Origin: a virus
Taxonomy: Duplodnaviria > Heunggongvirae > Uroviricota > Caudoviricetes
IMG/VR virus record: IMGVR_UViG_3300031772_000004
Coordinates: 1 to 42,709 of that record
Length of the DNA stretch: 42,709 bases
Reading direction: 5' to 3' (one strand)
Shown here in pieces: positions 19,045 through 28,756 of this stretch (position 1 is its first letter; every line of letters starts with the position of its first letter). Made by a program: the position numbers and the translations under genes. Under the pieces are notes generated by a model. The model had not been told where the DNA came from. It searched no databases and saw only the letters and a list, made by a program, of their open reading frames with translations.

Positions 19045-19107
19045 AATACAATTGAAAAATTGTATTATGTGAAAATGGGGCGGCGATTCCGAAACCAGTC
19101 GCCGCCC
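19045..19107 (+). other. Two tandem hairpins between the SSB and recA genes
   Basis: AATACAATT-GAAA-AATTGTATT (19045-19066) and GGGCGGCGA...TCGCCGCCC (19078-19107); no U-tract follows on +. Confidence 0.7.
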
Positions 19108-19136
19108 TATTGACACAAAGTTATTGAGGAAATAAT

Positions 19137-20324
19137 ATGGCTAACAATAAAAAGAAATCAACATCTAATGAAAGTATAACAGAACACATTAATATACAAC
19201 CAAAACAATCTCGCGACGATTTGCTGACAGATTTAGCTGAACAATTAAATAAGAATAATAAGGAGGGCGGTAAAATTGCTTTCTTTCTTGATGAACAAGA
19301 TGACCCTTCAAGTATAACCGATTGGATTTCAACAGGCAATTCAATTTTAGATTTAGCAATTAGCAATAGACCAAATGGCGGTTTGCCTGTCGGAAGAATG
19401 ATAGAATTTAATGGTCTTGAAGGAACGGGAAAGAGTATGGTTGCTGCACATATCTGTGCAGAGACACAGAAAAAAGGTGGAAAAGCAATTGTAATTGATA
19501 CGGAAAACTCTGCCGCACCAGCATTTTGGGAAAGCCTTGGAGTCAATCTTGCATCATTGTTGTATGTGCAAAGAGAAACTGTTGAGCAAATTTTTGAAAC
19601 TATTGAAAATGCAATAGCTTATATACGAAAGAATACAAAAGATGCGTTATTGACGATTATTGTTGATAGCGTTGCAGGAGCAACTACCCAGAAAGAATTA
19701 GAAAGTGAGCATGGTGTAGATGGTTATAACACCGGCAAAGCTATTATTATCAGTAAGGCAATGCGTAAAATAACAAATATGATAGGCCGGCAACGCGTTC
19801 TAATTGTTTATACAAATCAACTTCGTATGAATTTGGCCGCGATGGCATTTGGCGATAAGTATGTTGTTAGTGGTGGCAAAGCGCTTGCATTCCATTGCTC
19901 TGTTCGTGTGCGTCTTAGTAAAACAGGCAAACTTAAAAAGAATGATGTTATAATAGGTGATAGCCTTAAAGCGGTAGTTAATAAGAATCGTTTGGGACCA
20001 CCATGGCGGCAGGCTGAATTCGATATTTATTATGATTCTGGAATTGCAGACTATGCTAGTTGGATTGAAGTTTTGAAGAAAAATAATATTATTGAAAAAA
20101 ATGGGCCGGGCTACATTTATACAAATAATGCTGGTGAGGAATTAAAATTTTCAACGAATGACTTTGTAAAGTTAATGTCAGAGAATCCTGAGTTGAAAAC
20201 GGAAATTTATAAGAAGATTTGTGATGCTGTCATTATGGTTTATAAAACTCCAAATTCGCATATTGTTGAGGATGCTGTGATTGATAATACGCCAGATGAA
20301 GATACAGAAAAGGCAGAGGACTAA
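19137..20324 (+). CDS. recA: RecA/UvsX recombinase
   Basis: STGNSILDLAI, GRMIEFNGLEGTGKS (Walker A), IIVDSVAG (Walker B), NQLR, GGKALAFHCSVRVRL. Confidence 0.95.
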   Translation: MANNKKKSTSNESITEHINIQPKQSRDDLLTDLAEQLNKNNKEGGKIAFFLDEQDDPSSITDWISTGNSILDLAISNRPNGGLPVGRMIEFNGLEGTGKSMVAAHICAETQKKGGKAIVIDTENSAAPAFWESLGVNLASLLYVQRETVEQIFETIENAIAYIRKNTKDALLTIIVDSVAGATTQKELESEHGVDGYNTGKAIIISKAMRKITNMIGRQRVLIVYTNQLRMNLAAMAFGDKYVVSGGKALAFHCSVRVRLSKTGKLKKNDVIIGDSLKAVVNKNRLGPPWRQAEFDIYYDSGIADYASWIEVLKKNNIIEKNGPGYIYTNNAGEELKFSTNDFVKLMSENPELKTEIYKKICDAVIMVYKTPNSHIVEDAVIDNTPDEDTEKAED

Positions 20325-20325
20325 A

Positions 20326-20634
20326 ATGAAAGCAAAATGTTTGCGTGATTGGAAAACTAAAGAGCGAATTGAATTGGGTGATGAAAAGTATACACGGAAT
20401 CTAATTACGGGAAAAATGCAAAGTCATTCTTCCGTAAAAAAAGCGGCCCGAATATCCGCAAAACAGCTGATGAAAGCCAAAAAGATAAAAAAGATTTTCA
20501 TTTCCAAAAAAAGTTATAATGCTGTCAAAAAATTCTGCAAAGATTCAATTGCTGGAAAACATAATACTATTATTGCCGATGATGTATTAAAGGAAATAAT
20601 TAGAAAATCCCGCCCAAAAAAAAGGATACAATGA
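20326..20634 (+). CDS. Basic hypothetical protein
   Basis: Start re-called to ATG 20326, just after the recA stop; Lys-rich; ATGA overlap with the next gene. Confidence 0.6.
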   Translation: MKAKCLRDWKTKERIELGDEKYTRNLITGKMQSHSSVKKAARISAKQLMKAKKIKKIFISKKSYNAVKKFCKDSIAGKHNTIIADDVLKEIIRKSRPKKRIQ

Positions 20635-21239
20635 ACACACCACATCCATATGAAAATCAGCATAAAATGTATGCGTATAAAAATATAGATGGTACATTCT
20701 CTTTGCATGGAAAAACATTCCATTCAAAAGAAAGAATTAAAGAGTTGGGTGGGAAGTGGGACGCGGAAAAGAGACATTGGAATATTTCTGAAAATGCTTT
20801 ATTGGAATTAAAGCCTTTGTTAATGATTAAAGTTAGATTGGCCGCACATTGCCATGAAGACGAAGAAATACGATTTGTGACACACAAGGAAGTAGCTTGT
20901 GGATTTGCTCGAGAAGGATGTAGCCGGTGTGATACGCCTGCCACTTGTGGCCAAGATGTAGCTATCTTGGAAGTGCTTGATAAGGATTCACAGCTATTAG
21001 CGGAAAAATATGAATGTTTGGATTCTAATAACAAATATGAAACATTACTAAATAAAACTTTGATTAATATTAAAAAATCTGAGACAGATGAAATTATAAA
21101 GGATGTGGCTATAAATGACATTCTTTCTAAGAAAACAGAAATAATATCAGCTTTTCGTGAAGCGGATGAAATGAAGAGTAAAATAAAAAACAATCCAGAG
21201 CAAATAGAATCAATATTGAAATCTTATGGATTTAAATAA
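20631..21239 (+). CDS. Hypothetical protein with GGKWD..K..W module and Cys/His cluster
   Basis: KERIKELGGKWDAEKRHW resembles DUF5710-like modules; HCH...CGFAREGCSRCDTPATCG may bind metal. Confidence 0.6.
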   Translation: MNTPHPYENQHKMYAYKNIDGTFSLHGKTFHSKERIKELGGKWDAEKRHWNISENALLELKPLLMIKVRLAAHCHEDEEIRFVTHKEVACGFAREGCSRCDTPATCGQDVAILEVLDKDSQLLAEKYECLDSNNKYETLLNKTLINIKKSETDEIIKDVAINDILSKKTEIISAFREADEMKSKIKNNPEQIESILKSYGFK

Positions 21240-21241
21240 AC

Positions 21242-22303
21242 ATGGAATCTCTTGATAAACAAGAAAGGGGTAAGCTTTGGTCTATCTTTCAGCATATGGA
21301 TAAGACTGCTCCAGTTACTAACGCCGCTCTAAAAGACGAAGTTTTAATTGTTGATGGTCTTAATACCTTTATTCGTTCTTGGTCTGTCTCTACGACTTTA
21401 AACGACGATGGCATACATACAGGCGGCATATCTGGATTCTTAAAAAGTATTGGCTATGCAATAAAGTTGTTTAAACCAACCCGTTGTGTTATTGTATTTG
21501 ATGGGGCGGGAGGGAGTTTACGACGAAAAAAATTATATCCTGAGTATAAGAATAAGAAATCCAATAAAATGCGCATTAATCGTGCTTATGCGGGTTCGAT
21601 TACTACTGATGATGAGGCCAACTCCATAAAAAAGCAATTATTTAGAGTAATCAATTATTTAGATTATTTACCAGTAACTACTATGTCAATAGATAATATT
21701 GAAGCGGATGATGCTATTGCGTATTTAGCAATACAATATTTTAAAGATGTAAATTCTATAATAATGTCGTCTGATAAGGATTTTTTACAGCTTCTTAGTG
21801 ACCGAATTAAAGTGTGGAGTCCAACTCGAAAAAAGCTTTATGGTTGTGCGGAAATGCTGACGGAATATGGAATTAGTTGTGAGAATTTTTTGAATTACAG
21901 ACTTATTGATGGTGATATGAGCGATAATATTTCAGGCATAAAAGGTGCTGGTATTAAAACTATTAAAAAGTGCTTTCCGATATTTGCTGACAATCATTGT
22001 TATACATTACAAGAGATATACAATTATTGTGAAACGCATAGAATGAAGTATAAATTGTATACCACCATTTTAGAGAATAAAGATATTTTAGAAAGAAATT
22101 ATCAGTTAATGCAATTAAATGATACACAGATACAAAGCTTTAGTCAATTAAGAATCAATGAAATCGTTGATAAACAACTTAATAAGTTAAACCGCTTTGA
22201 ATTCTCAAAACTTATCACCGAAGATAAAATGTGGAATAATATACCAAATTACCAAATTTGGTTGGGTGAAGTGTTTAATCGACTTGATAATCTTGTTAAG
22301 TAA
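21242..22303 (+). CDS. 5'-3' exonuclease / T4 RNase H-like flap nuclease
   Basis: IVDGLNTFIR, VFDG, IEADDAI, MSSDKDFLQL and the GDMSDNISGIKGAGIKT helix-hairpin-helix motif. Confidence 0.9.
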   Translation: MESLDKQERGKLWSIFQHMDKTAPVTNAALKDEVLIVDGLNTFIRSWSVSTTLNDDGIHTGGISGFLKSIGYAIKLFKPTRCVIVFDGAGGSLRRKKLYPEYKNKKSNKMRINRAYAGSITTDDEANSIKKQLFRVINYLDYLPVTTMSIDNIEADDAIAYLAIQYFKDVNSIIMSSDKDFLQLLSDRIKVWSPTRKKLYGCAEMLTEYGISCENFLNYRLIDGDMSDNISGIKGAGIKTIKKCFPIFADNHCYTLQEIYNYCETHRMKYKLYTTILENKDILERNYQLMQLNDTQIQSFSQLRINEIVDKQLNKLNRFEFSKLITEDKMWNNIPNYQIWLGEVFNRLDNLVK

Positions 22304-22312
22304 TAACAAAAA

Positions 22313-22345
22313 GGGGCTTGATATAAAATCAAGCCCCAATTGTTT
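22313..22345. terminator. Bidirectional terminator between convergent genes
   Basis: GGGGCTTGAT / ATCAAGCCCC 10-bp stem with an A-run on the left and a T-rich run on the right. Confidence 0.85.
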
Positions 22346-22356
22346 TTATTTACTTA

Positions 22357-23211
22357 TTATGGACACCAGCCAGATGGCGGTGTAGCATACCCAGATGGAA
22401 AGCTCTTAGGATATGAAACCTTTCCTTCTTTTTTAACAGGCACGCCCATATCAATCAACGCTTCTCTGCTTGCGTAATAAATGTCGGATTGATAAACAAT
22501 ATTACCTCTTTCGAATTGGTCTGATACAACTTTGCTTTCAACAGAATTGCCCCAGCCAGAACCCATATCAAATCCTGACCCAGCCGAAGGCGCTCCACCT
22601 TTTAACGAACTCATTGGCTGACTACTTTTCGACCGTACTATATCTCGATAGTCATCTATACTATTATTATAATTACACAATGTATTGTTAACAGATGATG
22701 CACCACCATATGATGTGGCGTTGTTGCTACCATATGGTATGTCCAAACACGGATTTGATGTAGTGGTTATAGTTGGCCATAAAGGAGGATAACAACATGG
22801 TGTCCATGTAACAACAGGTTTTATCTTTTCTTCATATAATACAATGCCGATTATTCCACAATTTCTCTTGGCTTTGTTACTAATCCCTGCAGCATATGAT
22901 TCATTCTTACATACGAATTTAAATGCTCCAACTTTATCGTTATCATACCTAAACCCTTTGATACGATAGCTATCGTTAGCATTTATTATATAACCAGCAT
23001 CATTTAGACTTGCTGGTTTGCCTGTTAAAACGCTAAGACCATCCACCGAAACAACGGCTAAAATGCGTCCATAGCCATTATTATTTATTTTAATTTCATA
23101 AGCAGAAGATGCTTTTGCTTCGATATAGATTTTGCCGTCGTAAGTGTATTGTTTACACTTGTTTCCGTTGACGAGAACGTCAACGCTATTGTTTGTTAGT
23201 ACTTGATACAT
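22357..23211 (-). CDS. Conserved-type hypothetical protein (lone minus-strand gene)
   Basis: Likely start MYQVLTNNSVDVLVNG at 23211. The N-terminal beta-rich domain (YIEAKASSAYEIKINN...LAVVSVDGLSVLTGKP) is followed by a low-complexity linker and a short C-terminal domain. Confidence 0.75.
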   Translation of the reverse strand: MYQVLTNNSVDVLVNGNKCKQYTYDGKIYIEAKASSAYEIKINNNGYGRILAVVSVDGLSVLTGKPASLNDAGYIINANDSYRIKGFRYDNDKVGAFKFVCKNESYAAGISNKAKRNCGIIGIVLYEEKIKPVVTWTPCCYPPLWPTITTTSNPCLDIPYGSNNATSYGGASSVNNTLCNYNNSIDDYRDIVRSKSSQPMSSLKGGAPSAGSGFDMGSGWGNSVESKVVSDQFERGNIVYQSDIYYASREALIDMGVPVKKEGKVSYPKSFPSGYATPPSGWCP

Positions 23212-23280
23212 ATTTTTTTTTCCTTTTTGTTTGGCCTCTCTTACAGAGGATTTTAATGATGATGTTGTATCATCGTTGTC

Positions 23281-23309
23281 AATATATAGTATCATAAAAC
23301 AACTTTCAA
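23281..23309 (-). promoter_or_regulatory. Sigma70-type promoter for the minus-strand gene
   Basis: On the minus strand: TTGAAA (23309-23304), 17-nt spacer, TATATT (23286-23281). Confidence 0.45.
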
Positions 23310-23478
23310 CTTTTTTTATTTCAAAAATATTTTTTATTTAAAACAAGTTGAAAAAACGCTGTTGATGAATTATTCTTGCGCATAAGCAAAGTAGAAAGAT
23401 ATTTATCTAAGTCACATGATTAACCCCATCACCAATTCATTTGTAAAAATTTTTCTCGCGGATGGGTTCAATAAAAAC

Positions 23479-23507
23479 TTGAGCAAAAAATATTTTTGCG
23501 ATATACT
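23479..23507 (+). promoter_or_regulatory. Sigma70-type promoter for the helicase
   Basis: TTGAGC, 17-nt spacer, TATACT. Confidence 0.5.
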
Positions 23508-23540
23508 TTTCAATGTGAGCAATCCATTCAATTATAAATT

Positions 23541-24926
23541 ATGATTACAAACGACAAACATATTATCGACAACCTTCACAAATTCGGAAACGAATTTCAA
23601 ATTAAGTGCATCTCTAGTTTACTTAGCGATAAAACTTTCATAGAAAGAATCTGTGATATTTTAGATACAGATTATTGGGAAACCGATTCGCATAAGTGGA
23701 TAGTAAAAACCATATCAGAATATTTTTATAAATACAAAGAAATTCCAACACTTACTACATTTAAAGTTAGTGTAGATTCAATTGAAAATGAAATATTAAA
23801 AGCGTCAGTTATTGACCAATTGAAAATGGTTTATATAAAACTGAGTAGCACCGATATAAAATTTGTTAAAGAGCAATTTTTGGAATTTTGTAAAAATCAA
23901 AAATTGAAATCGGCTATTATTGAAAGCGTTGACCATTTAAAAACCGGAAATTATGACAGAATAAAAAGTCTTGTTGATGGCGCAATGAAAGCGGGCATGG
24001 AAAGAAACATTGGCCATGAATATATAACTGATGTGGATGGAAGAATGAGCACCACGACCAGAGATTGTGTTAAAACAAATTGGTCTGTCATTGATTCAAT
24101 ATTGGATGGCGGTCTTGGAAAGGGCGAATTAGGTGTTGTAACTGCACCGGCTGGTATTGGAAAATCTTGGTTTTTAGCGCACATTGGTTCGGAATCAATG
24201 AAACAGGGAAAAAATATTGTCCATTATACACTTGAATTGAATGAAAATTATGTTGGTATTCGCTATGATGCTTGTTTTACTGGTATAGATTTTCAAAACA
24301 TAAAGAATAATATTGATGTGGTTAAAGAAAGATTGAAAACAGTACCGGGTAAATTATTTATTAAGTATTTTCCAATTAAAACCGCTTCAGCACAAACTAT
24401 TAAGATTCACACCGAAAGAATTATGTCGTTGGGAACGAAAATAGATATGATTATCGTTGATTATGCTGATATATTGCGCTCTATAGATTCTATTAGAAAT
24501 AGTAATAGTTATCAAGAAGCCGGTGGAATTTATGAAGAATTAAGAGCGTGCGCTGGAGAATTGCAGATTCCTATTTGGACGGCGAGCCAAAGCAATCGTT
24601 CTAGTTTGGAAGTAGATATTATTCAAGCGAATAACATTGCAGATAGTTATAGAAAAATAATGACAGCGGATTTTGTTATGAGCATCAGTCGTAAAATAGA
24701 AGATAAAATCAGCAATACCGCTAGAGTGCATGTAATTAAAAATAGATTTGGACCTGATGGTATGACTTATCCCACGCGAATGAATACCGGCAATGGAGAC
24801 ATTCAATTACACGATGAACGTTCTCAAGAAGGAATCGGACTTATCGGAGAAATGAGCGAAGGCGAAAATGTTGTAAAGAAATTGTTATCTAATAAATGGA
24901 AATTTCACATGAATGAGCAAGAATAA
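23541..24926 (+). CDS. dnaB: Replicative DNA helicase (DnaB / T4 gp41-like)
   Basis: GGLGKGELGVVTAPAGIGKS (Walker A), YTLEL, IIVDYADI (Walker B), WTASQSNR, ADSYRKIMTADF, KNRFG. Confidence 0.92.
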   Translation: MITNDKHIIDNLHKFGNEFQIKCISSLLSDKTFIERICDILDTDYWETDSHKWIVKTISEYFYKYKEIPTLTTFKVSVDSIENEILKASVIDQLKMVYIKLSSTDIKFVKEQFLEFCKNQKLKSAIIESVDHLKTGNYDRIKSLVDGAMKAGMERNIGHEYITDVDGRMSTTTRDCVKTNWSVIDSILDGGLGKGELGVVTAPAGIGKSWFLAHIGSESMKQGKNIVHYTLELNENYVGIRYDACFTGIDFQNIKNNIDVVKERLKTVPGKLFIKYFPIKTASAQTIKIHTERIMSLGTKIDMIIVDYADILRSIDSIRNSNSYQEAGGIYEELRACAGELQIPIWTASQSNRSSLEVDIIQANNIADSYRKIMTADFVMSISRKIEDKISNTARVHVIKNRFGPDGMTYPTRMNTGNGDIQLHDERSQEGIGLIGEMSEGENVVKKLLSNKWKFHMNEQE

Positions 24927-24981
24927 TTGTTGTGGTTTTATAAAACTCAAATACTTATTGTTTATATACTGAAAAAGTTTT

Positions 24982-26946
24982 ATGAATACAAAAATCACTA
25001 ATCCGATATTATCTTCCGATTTTATAAAAAAGTATAAAAACAGACAGCCAAATTGGGGTTTTAATGGATTGGGCTATATTGTTTTTAAACGCACCTATGC
25101 ACGAACTAAAGACGATGGCACAACAGAAGAATGGTGGGAAACAGTAAGGCGTTGTGTTGAAGGCGCACAACGATTAGGCGCTGATTATAGTGTAGAAGAA
25201 GCGGAACGCTTATATGATTATATTTTTAACTTAAAGGGATGTTTTAGTGGAAGAAGTTTGTGGCAGTTGGGAACAACACTCGTTGATGAATTAAAACTTG
25301 GAGATTCGCTATTAAATTGTTGGGGAACAAAAGTCTCTGAAATTGGCGATTTTAAATTTTATGTCATGGAGAGTATGTTTGGGGGTGGCGTTGGGGGAAA
25401 TTTATCAAAAGAATACACACAAGAATTACCTCGAGTAAAACGAGATGTAAGATGTAGATTAAAAAAGACAAATGATGCGGATTATATCGTTCCTGATAGT
25501 AAAGAAGGCTGGAAGGAATGTTGGGGCAAGATTTTAGAGGCATATTTAAATACAGGCACTTCTTTTACATATTCTACAGTTTGTATAAGAGCCAGCGGCG
25601 AACCACTAAAAACTTTTGGTGGTATCGCTCCTGGCGAAAAACCATTGATAGATGGCACACAAGAATTGTGTAAGATTTTGGAACGCAGAGAGGGTAAAAA
25701 ATTACGCACAGAAGATGTGTATGATATTATCTGTGTTGGTGGAGAAATGGTTAAATCTGGCGGTATAAGACGCACGGCTATTATTGTTGGTGGTGACCCC
25801 GATGATGCTGGTTATACAACTCTTAAACGATGGGATTTAGGCACAATGATACCAAATTATCGGTCTAATGCAAACAATTCTATATTGTGTCCTAAGTTTG
25901 AATATCTTTCTAACTCATATTGGGAGGCTTTCGCGGGTGGTGGCGAAGTATATGGATTAATTAATTTACCATTGATGCGAAAATATGGCAGACTGGGAGA
26001 AGAAAAGTATGGCGGACTTGATTTAAATTCTCCCGACATTATTATATGTAATCCGTGTGGAGAAGCAAATTTAGAGGATAAAGAACCATGCAATTTAGCC
26101 GAGTTGGTTTTGCCAAATATAAAATCTAAAGAAGAAATGTTGGATATAGCTATCTTATTATATAAGACACAAAAAGCTATTTGTAATATGAATTATGTTC
26201 ATGAAGAAACCAATAAGGTTGTTCATCGAAATTTTAAAATTGGACAAAGTATCACAGGAATTTGTCAGCGATTGGATGTTGTAAAAGAATGGGGAAATTA
26301 TACTTATAGAGGTCTTAGAAAATTTGACAAAGAGTGGTCAAAGAAAAAAGGTTATCCCGAATCCAATAGAATGACAGTAATACAACCATCTGGCACAAAA
26401 GGTTTAGTGTTTGGAACAACTCCCGGAGGACATCCTGGCTTTTCAAAGTATTTTATCCGCCGAATAAGATTTTCATCGAATGACCCACTTATAGAGATTC
26501 TCAAACAACACAATTATCACATTGAACCCGAAATAAGATTTGATGGTTCTAAAAACCATAACATATTAGTCATTGACTTCCCATGTGAATTTGATGATAG
26601 TACATTATTAGCAAAAGATTGTGGAGTGATTAAACAATTGGAAATAATGAAAATGCTTCAAGAAGAGTGGGCGGACCAATCTGTATCAATTACTGCATAT
26701 TATAAGAAAGAAGATTTGCCAGAAATAAAAGAGTGGTTAAAACAAAATTATAATAATAGTGTAAAAACTGTAAGTTTCTTGCTTCATAGTGAGCACGGCT
26801 TTATTCAAGCTCCATATGAAGAAATAAACAAAGAAACATATGAAGCATTAAAAGAGAATATTGTTCCATTTAAAGGATTTGAAACAATCACAGGCAGTGA
26901 GATTGATGGCGTTGAATGTACCAATGGTATTTGCCCAATTAAATAA
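24982..26946 (+). CDS. nrdJ: Class II (adenosylcobalamin-dependent) ribonucleotide reductase, monomeric RTPR-like
   Basis: GYIVFKRTYAR, LLNCW, NPCGE thiyl-radical motif, PCNLAE, QPSGT and a C-terminal CTNGICPIK redox Cys pair; no beta-subunit gene adjacent. Confidence 0.9.
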   Translation: MNTKITNPILSSDFIKKYKNRQPNWGFNGLGYIVFKRTYARTKDDGTTEEWWETVRRCVEGAQRLGADYSVEEAERLYDYIFNLKGCFSGRSLWQLGTTLVDELKLGDSLLNCWGTKVSEIGDFKFYVMESMFGGGVGGNLSKEYTQELPRVKRDVRCRLKKTNDADYIVPDSKEGWKECWGKILEAYLNTGTSFTYSTVCIRASGEPLKTFGGIAPGEKPLIDGTQELCKILERREGKKLRTEDVYDIICVGGEMVKSGGIRRTAIIVGGDPDDAGYTTLKRWDLGTMIPNYRSNANNSILCPKFEYLSNSYWEAFAGGGEVYGLINLPLMRKYGRLGEEKYGGLDLNSPDIIICNPCGEANLEDKEPCNLAELVLPNIKSKEEMLDIAILLYKTQKAICNMNYVHEETNKVVHRNFKIGQSITGICQRLDVVKEWGNYTYRGLRKFDKEWSKKKGYPESNRMTVIQPSGTKGLVFGTTPGGHPGFSKYFIRRIRFSSNDPLIEILKQHNYHIEPEIRFDGSKNHNILVIDFPCEFDDSTLLAKDCGVIKQLEIMKMLQEEWADQSVSITAYYKKEDLPEIKEWLKQNYNNSVKTVSFLLHSEHGFIQAPYEEINKETYEALKENIVPFKGFETITGSEIDGVECTNGICPIK

Positions 26947-26955
26947 AGAGGTTAT

Positions 26956-27204
26956 ATGAAAGAAGAGAGATTGCATGAAAAATGGCTAGAATATTGTGAG
27001 GGAAAAAATATAATATTTGAATTTGATAAATTAAAAGCACATTTACAAAAAGAAAAAATGAGTGCTATTGGAAAAGAGTCGGATGTATTGTCTTTTTGGA
27101 CAAAAAATATTATGAAATTTATATCAGATTATAAAATTGATTGTAATGATTCTGATAACTTAAAAAAGCTGATTATGCTTTGTTTGACGATGGGAGAGTT
27201 GTAA
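26956..27204 (+). CDS. Small hypothetical protein
   Basis: GAGG Shine-Dalgarno upstream; fills the gap between nrdJ and thyX. Confidence 0.7.
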   Translation: MKEERLHEKWLEYCEGKNIIFEFDKLKAHLQKEKMSAIGKESDVLSFWTKNIMKFISDYKIDCNDSDNLKKLIMLCLTMGEL

Positions 27205-27205
27205 T

Positions 27206-27916
27206 ATGGATAAAGGTTATACGATTTCAGTTTTAGACCATCATGGGTTTGTGCGTTATATAGACCATATGGGTACAGACCAAAGAATTTGTGAAGCGGC
27301 TAGAATAAGCTATAAGTCTCCAAGTAAGGGAGAAGATTCCGATAAGAAATTAATCGAATATCTTTGGAAGAATAAACACACAAGCCCCTTCGAGATGATA
27401 AAATTAACTCTGAATATCAAAATGCCAATCTTTGTGATGCGGCAGTATGTTAGACACCGGATGCAGAATTTAAATGAAGTCAGTGCACGATATACGGAAT
27501 TACCGAATGAGTTTTATATACCAAAAGAATGGAGAAAACAAGATGGTAAGAATAAGCAAGGAAGTGTAAACGAAGAAAAATTCAATCCTAAATTGTGGGC
27601 AGATAGATATAAAGACGCTACGAATGCAGTTTATTTACATTGCTCAGAATCTTATGCTCTTTATGAAAATTTAATTGATGCTGGTATTGCAAGAGAAATG
27701 GCTCGGATGGTGTTGCCTCTAAACATTTATACCGAAATCTACGCATGTTGGGATATGAAAAACCTCTTACATTTTATAACATTGCGTGGTGATGAACATG
27801 CGCAATGGGAAATACAAGAATACAGCAGGGCTATTAAGTCTATTTGTAAAGAATTATTTCCTATGACAATGGAAGCTTATGAGAAATATAAGTGGAAGTT
27901 GATTGAAGAAATATAA
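27206..27916 (+). CDS. thyX: Flavin-dependent thymidylate synthase
   Basis: RHRMQNLNEVSARY matches the ThyX RHRx7SxR motif; also HTSPFE, AREMARMVLP and HAQWEI. Confidence 0.95.
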   Translation: MDKGYTISVLDHHGFVRYIDHMGTDQRICEAARISYKSPSKGEDSDKKLIEYLWKNKHTSPFEMIKLTLNIKMPIFVMRQYVRHRMQNLNEVSARYTELPNEFYIPKEWRKQDGKNKQGSVNEEKFNPKLWADRYKDATNAVYLHCSESYALYENLIDAGIAREMARMVLPLNIYTEIYACWDMKNLLHFITLRGDEHAQWEIQEYSRAIKSICKELFPMTMEAYEKYKWKLIEEI

Positions 27917-27917
27917 A

Positions 27918-27945
27918 TTGACTTTTTATTGTTTTTGGGTATAAT
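27918..27945 (+). promoter_or_regulatory. Sigma70-type promoter for Mom-like copy 2
   Basis: TTGACT, 16-nt spacer, TATAAT; ATG follows 9 nt later. Confidence 0.7.
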
Positions 27946-27954
27946 TCTTGTGGT

Positions 27955-28731
27955 ATGACTGAATCGAATTTTGTAGACACATCAAAAGTTTATTTACGAC
28001 AAATTGACAAATCTGTTGCAAAAAGTATGATTATTACTTTTCATTATAGTCATAAATGGACACTTTGCCAAGTCGCTTACGGAATTTATTATAAAACAGA
28101 TATTCATCTTGGCTTTATTGAAGGCACCCAAGATGAACTGATAGGCTGTATAGTTTATGCTCAACCCGTAGGAAGAAGCGCAGCTGCTAGTATTACGCCC
28201 TTGCTGAATATTAGTGAAGTCTTTGAACTCACGCGGCTTTTTATACATGATGGCTATGGTAAAAATATAGAAAGTTATTGTATAACTCAATCGTTTAAAC
28301 TATTACACAGAGATTTTCCACACATTAAATGTGTGTTGTCTTATGCAGATGGCGAACAACACCATAAGGGAACAATATATCAAGCCGTCGGCTTTATATA
28401 TCAAGGCAACTCAAGTATTGCATTAATGCCCAATTATAGTGTTAGTTTGGAGGGACCGCCAAATTATAAGTGGATTCATAGTCGGACAGTAAGTTCGACT
28501 TGGGGCAGTCATAATGTAGAGCATTTAAAGAAAGCAATTGGAAAAACGTTTTGGAGAAAGAAAGAAAGCAATAAACACCGCTATGTTATATTCATTTGCA
28601 ATAAGATTTTAAAGAGAAAATTGATTGAGACATTAAAGCATCCTGCCATAGCATATCCTAAAAGTACGGAACACAAAGACGAAATCGAAGAGATTAATTG
28701 TCAAAATAAACCGAAGAATTCATTTTTCTGA
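27955..28731 (+). CDS. Mom-like GNAT-fold acetyltransferase, copy 2
   Basis: HYSHKW...ELTRLF...KNIESY...VLSYADGEQHHKGTIYQAVGFIYQG; ends in NSFF. Confidence 0.75.
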   Translation: MTESNFVDTSKVYLRQIDKSVAKSMIITFHYSHKWTLCQVAYGIYYKTDIHLGFIEGTQDELIGCIVYAQPVGRSAAASITPLLNISEVFELTRLFIHDGYGKNIESYCITQSFKLLHRDFPHIKCVLSYADGEQHHKGTIYQAVGFIYQGNSSIALMPNYSVSLEGPPNYKWIHSRTVSSTWGSHNVEHLKKAIGKTFWRKKESNKHRYVIFICNKILKRKLIETLKHPAIAYPKSTEHKDEIEEINCQNKPKNSFF

Positions 28732-28756
28732 TAATATTTATATAATACAGACGATT

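Noticed and set aside
23416-23544. Small ORF (MINPITNSF...) ending in an ATGA overlap with the helicase start, with a CCCATC/GATGGG pairing
   Set aside because: It runs across the predicted helicase promoter, has no SD and no recognisable features; cannot be supported without conservation data.
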